The notes under the pieces are model-generated. The model was not told the origin of the DNA, did not search any database, and saw nothing but the letters and a program-made list of their open reading frames with translations. A DNA stretch of 64,000 nt from an uncultured Gemmatimonadales bacterium (lineage in GTDB: Bacteria; Gemmatimonadota; Gemmatimonadetes; Gemmatimonadales; Gemmatimonadaceae), in NCBI GenBank assembly GCA_963701965.1, contig OY969695.1, positions 1,408,001 through 1,472,000 of the forward strand, given 5' to 3'. Below, in pieces: positions 53,503 to 61,743 of the stretch; the first letter of the stretch is position 1; each line of letters starts with the position of its first letter. A program made the translations under genes and the position numbers.

Positions 53503-53800
53503 TCAACGACCCGCGAATGCCTGCGGAATCCATCGCACCAGTACCGCTTGAAGCGTGACGTCCATCAGCGCGATGACGCCGCCGATGAACAGGGAAAGCA
53601 CAATGACGAATACCGACATCTTCCGCACTTCCGGAATGTCGGGCCAACTGACCCGGCGCATTCTCATTCATGATGGCGCGGTACGTCGCCGGCAGCGCCG
53701 CGATCCACGCCACGAGCCGGGCGGGAAAACCGACCACCGACGACCCGAACCGCGCGATCCAACTCTCGTGACTGCCGGTCCGCGCCACATTGACGGCCAT
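53503..53800 (-). CDS. secE: Preprotein translocase SecE (1-nt frameshift near 53661)
   Basis: Removing one A restores IMNEMRRVSWPDIPEVRKMSVFVIVLSLFIGGVIALMD…GR*. Confidence 0.9.
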
Positions 53801-53953
53801 CTACTTCGTTTCCTTATGCACGATGTGCTTGTCGCACCGCGGACAGTACTTCTTCCACTCGACGCGCTCGGGATGCGTGCGCTTGTTCTTCGTGGTGAAG
53901 TAGTTGCGATTCTTACAGTCGTTGCAGGCCAGAATGATCTTTTCGCGCGCCAT
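53801..53953 (-). CDS. rpmG: 50S ribosomal protein L33 (Zn-binding), not in ORF track
   Basis: Hand translation: [50 protein letters not shown]. Confidence 0.96.
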   Translation of the reverse strand: MAREKIILACNDCKNRNYFTTKNKRTHPERVEWKKYCPRCDKHIVHKETK

Positions 53954-53974
53954 GATCCGTCTCTATGATTGCAG

Positions 53975-55168
<1,194 letters not shown>

Positions 55169-55234
55169 GACTGATATGCGTCCAGAAAAGTGTCTATGAT
55201 CTATGCTGTCGACTTCAGTTCCTACTCAACAACA

Positions 55235-55307
55235 AGCTCGCGATCGGGATTGAACCGATGACCTCACCCTTACCAAGGGTGTGCTCTACCGACTGAGCTA
55301 CGCGAGC
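55235..55307 (-). tRNA. tRNA-Thr(GGT)
   Basis: GCTCGCG acceptor, TAGCTCAG D arm, CACCC-TTGGTAA-GGGTG, GTTCAAT; no encoded CCA. Confidence 0.96.
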
Positions 55308-55365
55308 GGCTTGCTTCATCTACTTTCTCGCTGCGCACTCCACACTGATACAGCATCACCCAGCA

Positions 55366-55438
55366 AGCGGGAGACGGGGCTCGAACCCGCGACATCAAGC
55401 TTGGAAGGCTTGCGCTCTACCAACTGAGCTACTCCCGC
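55366..55438 (-). tRNA. tRNA-Gly(TCC)
   Basis: GCGGGAG acceptor, CAAGC-CTTCCAA-GCTTG, GTTCGAG. Confidence 0.96.
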
Positions 55439-55449
55439 GTCTCCCTCGA

Positions 55450-55532
55450 TGGTGGGAGAAGGATTCGAACCTTCGAAGGCGTACGCCGGCAGATTTACAG
55501 TCTGCTCCCGTTGGCCACTTGGGTATCCCACC
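55450..55532 (-). tRNA. tRNA-Tyr(GTA)
   Basis: GGTGGGA acceptor, GCAGA-CTGTAAA-TCTGC, long variable arm, GTTCGAAT. Confidence 0.96.
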
Positions 55533-55571
55533 AGACAGCCCCTCTCGCCCGCAGCGCGCCGAACAACAGAG

Positions 55572-55644
55572 AGCTGACGGCGAGACTTGAACTCGCAACC
55601 TGCTGATTACAAATCAGCTGCTCTGCCAATTGAGCTACGTCAGC
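55572..55644 (-). tRNA. tRNA-Thr(TGT)
   Basis: GCTGACG acceptor, GCTGA-TTTGTAA-TCAGC, GTTCAAG. Confidence 0.96.
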
Positions 55645-55667
55645 ACAGCAATTTTGCGCGAGCCCGT

Positions 55668-55696
55668 AGAATACTCTAGACAAAAGTGAGTGTCAA
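55668..55696 (-). promoter_or_regulatory. sigma70 promoter of tRNA-tuf operon (TTGACA-N17-TATTCT)
   Basis: Consensus -35, 17-nt spacer, near-consensus -10, GC-rich discriminator ACGGGC. Confidence 0.85.
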
Positions 55697-55737
55697 CCTG
55701 TTCTCATTCCGCTCTTTACCCCGCCGCCCCCAACCCA

Positions 55738-57273
55738 TCACCTGACCTTCTTCCAAGATGTCCCGACGCCCGAGTCCGCGATCTGTATCCCCTGGGAAGC
55801 GAGCTCATCCCGGATGGCGTCGGCCTTCTTGAAGTCCCGGCTGGCCCTCGCGGCCGCTCGCTCCGCGAGACGGCCGTGCACCCATTCACGAACAGCGGCC
55901 TCTTCCGGCGTTTCGTCGTTCGTAATCGCGATGCTCACTTGGCCGACCGTCGACTGACTCTTCACGCCAGACACCGCGACGTTTGCGTTAAGACCGCCTG
56001 CGGGGTAAAGACCACGTGGCCGCAGAGGCGGGACGATCCCGAGCGTCGCCTCGACGAAGTCGAGGCCGCGCCGGGCGTGGTCGACCGCGGAGCGGTCGCC
56101 ACCCTTACGGTCGAGGTCGGCATTCGCGGCATGCACAAAGTCGAACACAGCAGCCAACGCCCGCGGCGAGTTGAGATCGTCGGACAAAGCCTCGCCAATG
56201 CGCCCCTCCAACTCGGCCCCGATCCTCGCCATGGCCGGCGTGCCACCCAACGGCGCATCGTCCAGCCGCTCAGCAAGCTCAGCTATACGCGAAACAGCGT
56301 TCTTGGACGCCTCGAGGCCTTCGTCGGTCAGGTTCAACACCTGCCGATAGTGCGTGTTGTAGATGAGATGCCGAACGGCAGCCGCTGGCACCCCTTCGGC
56401 CCTCAAATCGCCGACGGTGATGACGTTGCCAACGCGCTTCGCCATCTTCGCCCCTTCGGTGAGCAAGAACTCCCCATGGCACCAGTGCCGCGCGAACGTA
56501 ACACCGGTCGCCCCTTCCGACTGGGCGATCTCGTCCTCGTGATGCGGGAAGATCAAGTCGATCCCGCCGCAATGGAGATCGAAAGTCTCGCCGAGGATGG
56601 TCATAGCCATGGCCGAGCACTCGAGATGCCACCCGGGCCGCCCGCGCCCCCAGGGCGAGTCCCAGGCGGCGCCGGTCCGCTCATCCTCGGGCTTGGCCGC
56701 CTTCCATAGCGCAAAGTCCTGCGCGTCTTCCTTGGAATAGTCGTCCTGCGACACCCGCGCGCCGGTCTTGATCTCGCGCGTGTCGAGGCGCGACAGCCGC
56801 CCATAGGCTGAAAACCGCCGAATGGCGTAGTACACGGACCCGTCGTCGGCGCGATACGCGATCCCGCGCTCCATGAGCCGCGCCACGAGCGCGATCATCT
56901 GCGGGATGTACTCCGTGGCCCGCGGATAGTGCTCGGCGGGCACGATCTTGAGGTAATCGCGGTCGGCGAAAAAACGCTCCACCTGCGGCGCCGTCACCGC
57001 GCCGATCGTGATATGCTCCCGCGCCGCCTTGGCGATGATCTTGTCGTCGACGTCGGTCAGGTTCATGACCTGCTCGACTGTCCACCCGCGCAACCGAATC
57101 GCCCGGCGCAGCAAGTCCTCGAACAAGAACGTCCGGAAATTGCCGATATGCGCGGGATTGTAGACGGTAGGCCCGCACGTGTACACGTGCACGGTCTCCC
57201 CGTCCGCCGGGGCGAACGCTTCGACCGCGCGTGACATCGTGTTGTAGAGCAGGAACTGGGGGCTTGGCGGCAT
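55738..57273 (-). CDS. cysS: Cysteine--tRNA ligase
   Basis: YTCGPTVY, HIGN, DFALWK, GRPGWHLECS, FPHHEDE, KMAKR. Confidence 0.97.
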   Translation of the reverse strand: MPPSPQFLLYNTMSRAVEAFAPADGETVHVYTCGPTVYNPAHIGNFRTFLFEDLLRRAIRLRGWTVEQVMNLTDVDDKIIAKAAREHITIGAVTAPQVERFFADRDYLKIVPAEHYPRATEYIPQMIALVARLMERGIAYRADDGSVYYAIRRFSAYGRLSRLDTREIKTGARVSQDDYSKEDAQDFALWKAAKPEDERTGAAWDSPWGRGRPGWHLECSAMAMTILGETFDLHCGGIDLIFPHHEDEIAQSEGATGVTFARHWCHGEFLLTEGAKMAKRVGNVITVGDLRAEGVPAAAVRHLIYNTHYRQVLNLTDEGLEASKNAVSRIAELAERLDDAPLGGTPAMARIGAELEGRIGEALSDDLNSPRALAAVFDFVHAANADLDRKGGDRSAVDHARRGLDFVEATLGIVPPLRPRGLYPAGGLNANVAVSGVKSQSTVGQVSIAITNDETPEEAAVREWVHGRLAERAAARASRDFKKADAIRDELASQGIQIADSGVGTSWKKVR

Positions 57274-57309
57274 CCGGCGCAGCAAGGTAGGACCCGCCAC
57301 AGGGGGCGG

Positions 57310-57900
57310 TCAACTGAGCACGTGAAGCGCGAACGCGAGCGCGGATGGCGCCACAATGCGCTCCGCGCTGACGGCGACGAGCATGCTCCACACAATAATC
57401 GCCGCCGCGTCGCGGCGATCCCAAAGGTCCGGCCCGTCGCCACCGCGCGCCGCCGCGCGCGCCTGGGCGAGCGCCGCCATCCAACAGCACGCCGTGGCGC
57501 CGAGCGCGAGCGCGGCCGTGAGCGCCGGCGCCGGCGGCGCCAAACGCGAGACCCACCCGGCGACCGATACGGGCCGCGGCGCCACCAGCGCGGCGACCGC
57601 CCGCGCCACTGGCTCGCTGGTCAGTGGCGCGACTCCAGCCGCGAACCACCGCCGAAATGCCGGCGTGCGACCCGACGGCCCCGCGGCACGCCACACGACC
57701 GCGCCAACCGGTACGACCGCCAACCGCGGCGTCCACGCCACCACGGCGAGCAAGTGCCGCAGCACGGGCTCGAGCGCCAGCGCATGCGAGGGATGCGGCG
57801 AACCGAGGAGCACCGGCAGGAGCTCCGGCGCCAGCGTCAGCACGAGCGCCAACGCCGCCCCCGCGTGCGCCGCCGCGGCCGCCGCGATCAGCCAGCCCAC
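57310..57900 (-). CDS. Integral membrane protein (about 4-5 hydrophobic segments)
   Basis: Hydrophobic stretches; GTG 57900 overlaps ABC gene end; start uncertain. Confidence 0.6.
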   Translation of the reverse strand: MGWLIAAAAAAHAGAALALVLTLAPELLPVLLGSPHPSHALALEPVLRHLLAVVAWTPRLAVVPVGAVVWRAAGPSGRTPAFRRWFAAGVAPLTSEPVARAVAALVAPRPVSVAGWVSRLAPPAPALTAALALGATACCWMAALAQARAAARGGDGPDLWDRRDAAAIIVWSMLVAVSAERIVAPSALAFALHVLS

Positions 57901-58472
57901 GCGAGAGCACCTCGAACCAGCGACAGCACGCGATCGACCTGGCTGGGCGCTTCGCGCGCCGCGAGCACCACCGTCACCCCGGCGCGCGCCAGCGCCGGCA
58001 GGAGATCGGGCGGGATCGGCGCATCCACGAACGCGAGCCGTGGTCGCGCCGCCAGCAGGCACGCCATGCGCAACCGGCTGACCGCATCATAAGGAAGGCC
58101 ACCCACGACGGACGCGTGGCATTCGGAGAGACCGACGCCGTCGAGCGCCTCCGCCACCGCCGTGGCGCTCGCGGTGCGCGCGCCCAGCGCGACGGCGTCG
58201 ATGACGGTCATCCACGCATAGGCCACGCATGCGCCGGAGACGTACGTGGCGGCACCGGCCGACTCGACGCGCCCGGCGTCGGGACGCAGCAATCCCGCCG
58301 CGCAGAGCAAGAGCGTGGACTTGCCCGATCCCGCCCCGCCAACGATGGCGACCCTCTCGCCGGCGTGGACATCGAGGTCGACGCGCCGAAGGACACGCAC
58401 GGCCGCCGCGCACCCCGGTACGCCGGACCGGTACGACTTCCGAAGCTGGCGGATCGCGAGCACGCGCGTCAT
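57888..58472 (-). CDS. ABC ATPase-like protein with degenerate catalytic motifs
   Basis: 'LRKSY…VLRRVDLDVHAGERVAIVGGAGSGKSTLL…LRPDAG'; ATGA overlap with upstream gene. Confidence 0.8.
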   Translation of the reverse strand: MTRVLAIRQLRKSYRSGVPGCAAAVRVLRRVDLDVHAGERVAIVGGAGSGKSTLLLCAAGLLRPDAGRVESAGAATYVSGACVAYAWMTVIDAVALGARTASATAVAEALDGVGLSECHASVVGGLPYDAVSRLRMACLLAARPRLAFVDAPIPPDLLPALARAGVTVVLAAREAPSQVDRVLSLVRGALAWAG

Positions 58473-58942
58473 CGCGCCACCATCCGCAAAGCAATCATAA
58501 ATGCCGCGGTAGTCTGGACATCGTACCGCGCGACGATCGACCCGCGGGAGATCGCGATGAACGCCGGCACGGCCCGGATCGCGAGCGCCCGCGCCAGGGC
58601 GCCGTTGGGGTCCAACGCCAGGGCGGCACGAACGCCGAGCGCGGTTGCCCATCGCGACACCGCGCGGCCGGAGTCTGGCGGTTCGGCGGCGACGATGATG
58701 GCGCGGACGCGCAGGGCCGCGGCGGCCGAGTCGAATCGCGCCGCGACCGGTCCGCAGTGGCCGCACCGGCGGCTGACGTACAGCACGCCGACTGGTGCGC
58801 CGAGCGTCGCATTACCCCGGACCGGTAGCAAAGCGGGCGGCGAGAGGACCGGCGGCGCGTCGACGCGGCGCCGGACCAGCGCCGCCGCCGGCAGAGCGGC
58901 GGCACTGGTGAACAGCAACGCGGTCAGAAGCCAATGTCGCAC
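58469..58942 (-). CDS. Membrane-anchored thioredoxin-fold (TlpA-like) protein, CGHC
   Basis: N-terminal TM, 'VLYVSRRCGHC', 'LDPNGALARALAIRAVPAFIAI' cis-Pro region. Confidence 0.75.
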   Translation of the reverse strand: MRHWLLTALLFTSAAALPAAALVRRRVDAPPVLSPPALLPVRGNATLGAPVGVLYVSRRCGHCGPVAARFDSAAAALRVRAIIVAAEPPDSGRAVSRWATALGVRAALALDPNGALARALAIRAVPAFIAISRGSIVARYDVQTTAAFMIALRMVAR

Positions 58943-59112
58943 AGAAACGTGCCGAGCGCGCCACAATACCCGCGCAGCAGACTCGAGAAGAGGAGTGTCC
59001 GGGGAAAGACATCGGTGCACAAGCCGGCGGCTGCGACCGAGCACTGGGCGGGCGCTGGCGACGGCGTGCCGAATGCCGTCACGACAACAAACAGGAACAC
59101 GAGGGGTTTCAT
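58924..59112 (-). CDS. Small secreted 4-Cys peptide (62-aa precursor)
   Basis: SD GGAG before ATG, signal peptide with A-P-A cleavage site, twin CX7C. Confidence 0.65.
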   Translation of the reverse strand: MKPLVFLFVVVTAFGTPSPAPAQCSVAAAGLCTDVFPRTLLFSSLLRGYCGALGTFLCDIGF

Positions 59113-59156
59113 GCGAATCTCCGGAGGACGGTGAAAGAACTGCGGCCTGCGGAGAC

Positions 59157-59193
59157 GAAAATCGTGGTGGCGAGGCCCGGGGCCATCACCACG
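59157..59193 (-). terminator. Probable terminator after AI-2E gene
   Basis: CGTGGTG…GGCC-CCG-GGCC…CACCACG then ATTTT on minus strand. Confidence 0.5.
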
Positions 59194-59219
59194 CGCGTAC
59201 GCGCGCCATCGGCGCGTTG

Positions 59220-60445
59220 CTACGTCCGGTGCGCCGCCTCGCCGAGGGCGATGAGATCGGGCCCATTGCCGTCGACCGTCGCCCCGCCCACGCCGCCTTC
59301 GGCGGCGGGCACGCGCAGGACGAGCGGCCGGTCCCGGCGGGGCCGGCGAAAGCCACGGCCCTCGTAAATGCGGGCGACGAGCAGCCGGTGTACGAGCACC
59401 ATGATGGCCACGAGCAAGGGCACCGACACCAGGAGCCCGATGGGCCCCAGCAACGTCCCGAAGATGAGCACCGCCATCATCGTGAGGACCGGCGGCAGAT
59501 CCACGCGCTTCGACATGAGATTCGGCGACACCACGTTCCCTTCAATGACGTGGATCAGGACGCCGAGCCCGATGACCAGCGCCGCCTTGGAGAGGCCATT
59601 GGGGCCGCCAATGACGAACAACGCCGGCACCGTCGTCGACAGCAGCACGCCGTAGACCGGAATGATCGCGGCGGCCGCGGCCAACACGCCGAACGTCAGC
59701 CAGTAGGGCACGTGGATGGCCCACAGCCCGATCGCCGTGAGCGCGCCCAGGATCAGCATCGTCCACAGCTGGGCAACAATGTAGTCGCGCAATCGGAGCG
59801 CCATCTCGATCAGGACATCGCGCACCAGGTCCCGGTGGCCGGGCGGGAAGAGCGCGATCACCCACTCGCGATACACCGCCGGATCGAGCGCCAGGTCAAT
59901 GCCCATCACGATGACCGTGAAGACCGCCGTGATCGTCGCCAGGGCCGAGAAGACGCGCGGCAGGACCTCGTTGACGAGACCGGACAGTTGCGACGACAGT
60001 CCGCCCAACAACTCCGTCTGCGTCGTCGCGATCTGCTTGGCCAGCCCGGGATAGTTGGTCGCCAGCCGCTGGATCGCTCCCGAGAGAGACGACACGGACT
60101 GGGGGACGAGGTTGATGAGTTGCTGCGTCTGCTGGGCGACGGGCGGCACGAGGAGCGCCACCAGGCCGAACCCGGCGCCCAGCGTGATGACGACACCGAG
60201 CCAGAAGGCAATCGGCCGGGGGAGTCGCGTACGGCGAACGAGGAAGTCGGCGACGGCGCCCAGATAGAGGGCGAGCAACGACGCCAGGAAGAGCAGGAGA
60301 AAATGTCCGCGGCCTTGAGGACCGTGTACAGCAGGAGGCCGGTGAGGACGACCGCCGTGAGGAGCGGCGCGATGCGGACCGGCGCGCGCGAGGCCGGCCG
60401 TTCCTGCCGCGGCGACGTCACCGCCGTGACCTCGCGCCGGGCCAC
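59220..60445 (-). CDS. AI-2E family transporter (1-nt frameshift near 60301)
   Basis: Multi-TM; 'DYIVAQL', 'IPVYG', 'IEGNVVSPNLMSKRVDLPP', 'LGPIGLLVSVP'; adding a T gives AADIFLLLFLASLLALYL. Confidence 0.88.
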
Positions 60446-60449
60446 GCTG

Positions 60450-61238
60450 CTAGGCCGACTTCTTGTCGTCCGGCAGGTGCTCGACTTCCGCCGAGTGGAC
60501 GATCTCCTCGTCCTGCCCGGCGTTCAACTGGCGAGCCGCCGGAGCATTCCCGCCTCCGAGCATGCCCATCTTTTGCTTGAGCGCCAGGAGCTGGGTGTCG
60601 GCGTTGGCCGTCGTGGCCGATTGCTCGAGCTGCTTGAAATCCTTGGCCAGCCGATCGCCCGTGAACTCCTCGTCGATCTCGGCGGACGCCTTGATCTGGC
60701 GCTCGCTCTGCTCAATGCGCTCTTCCATCCGGGCGAATGCCTCGAACGCGGACTTCTCGGACAGCGCCGACATCGTCTCGGCAATGCGCTTCTGCGCTTG
60801 CGCCCGCCGCTGCCGCGCGATGAGGAGATTCTTCTTGCGCTTGGCCTCCTCGATCTTGTCGTTGAGGTCGCGCAAGGAATTCTTGAGCTTCTCCGTCTCC
60901 AGCCGGTGGGTTTCCCACGTCTGCTGGAGCACCTGCCCGTGCTGCACGTGCTCGGACTGCCGCACGAGCGCCTGCTTCGCGAGGTCGTCCCGCCCTTCGC
61001 GCACGGCGAGCACGGCCCGCTTTTCCCAGTCCTCGGACTGGCGAAACTCGACTTCCGCCTGATCGCGGAGTCGCTTCTCGTCGGCGATCGCCGTCGCCAC
61101 CTGCTGCTTCGCCTTCACGAGCTGCGTCTTCATGTCGACAATGATCTGATTCAACATCTTCTCGGGGTGCTCCGCCGAGGAGATCAGATCGTTGATGTTC
61201 GACTTGAGGAGCGTCGAGAGGCGATCGAAGATGCCCAT
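60450..61238 (-). CDS. pspA: PspA/IM30 family protein
   Basis: MGIFDRLSTLLKSNINDLISSAEHPEKML, 'GRDDLAKQAL', 'AFARMEERI'. Confidence 0.93.
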   Translation of the reverse strand: MGIFDRLSTLLKSNINDLISSAEHPEKMLNQIIVDMKTQLVKAKQQVATAIADEKRLRDQAEVEFRQSEDWEKRAVLAVREGRDDLAKQALVRQSEHVQHGQVLQQTWETHRLETEKLKNSLRDLNDKIEEAKRKKNLLIARQRRAQAQKRIAETMSALSEKSAFEAFARMEERIEQSERQIKASAEIDEEFTGDRLAKDFKQLEQSATTANADTQLLALKQKMGMLGGGNAPAARQLNAGQDEEIVHSAEVEHLPDDKKSA

Positions 61239-61253
61239 AGAGATCCGTCCCGG

Positions 61254-61659
61254 TCAGCGCCCGTCGCGGAAGGCGCCGAGTTCCCGCAAGTGAGAGCCAA
61301 GCGCCAGCGTCATCCCCTCGTAGGCCGCGAGGAATTCCTCGTAGTCGAGAATGCGCCAGCTCCAAAGCCTCGGTAATGACAATGGAGTCCCGTTCAATCC
61401 CATACGAGCCGTGGACGAGATCGGTTGCATTCAGTTGAAGGAGTCGGCGCGCCAAACTGGCGGACGCTGCCGCATCCTGCGGCACGTTCATGACCTTGAC
61501 CCGCAAGACCACCACGGGCGGCGAGTAGTGGACCACGACGTCCAAGTCCAAGGCGCCGTTGGGTTTAACGATCCACAACCCCGGCTCGACCTCGCTGTGG
61601 CTCGTGCCTTCGGCCGCCAGGCGGTCGAGGAAGCTCTCAATGTCTTCGCGGGTGACCAT
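61254..61659 (-). CDS. YbjN/CesT-like chaperone-fold protein (1-nt frameshift near 61350)
   Basis: 'RRLLQLNATDLVHGSYGI'; removing one T gives ELAHLDYEEFLAAYEGMTLALGSHLRELGAFRDGR*. Confidence 0.75.
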
Positions 61660-61743
61660 GTTAGCAACGATAATAGTGTTCTCGACGTGCCAAGCATAGA
61701 CGCTACGGTCACACTACGGGCAACGTCGCCCCCAGGTTTTACT

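Noticed and set aside
52958..53800. 280-aa NusG with long N-terminal extension
   Set aside because: It is secE frameshifted into nusG.
55235..55740. Integrated element at the tRNA cluster
   Set aside because: No integrase gene and no duplicated tRNA 3' end seen in the window.
57624..61376. 1250-aa plus-strand ORF
   Set aside because: Arg/Ala-rich antisense shadow of the minus-strand genes.
60712..61659. 315-aa ORF overlapping pspA
   Set aside because: Read-through from the frameshift at ~61350; the real gene ends at 61254.
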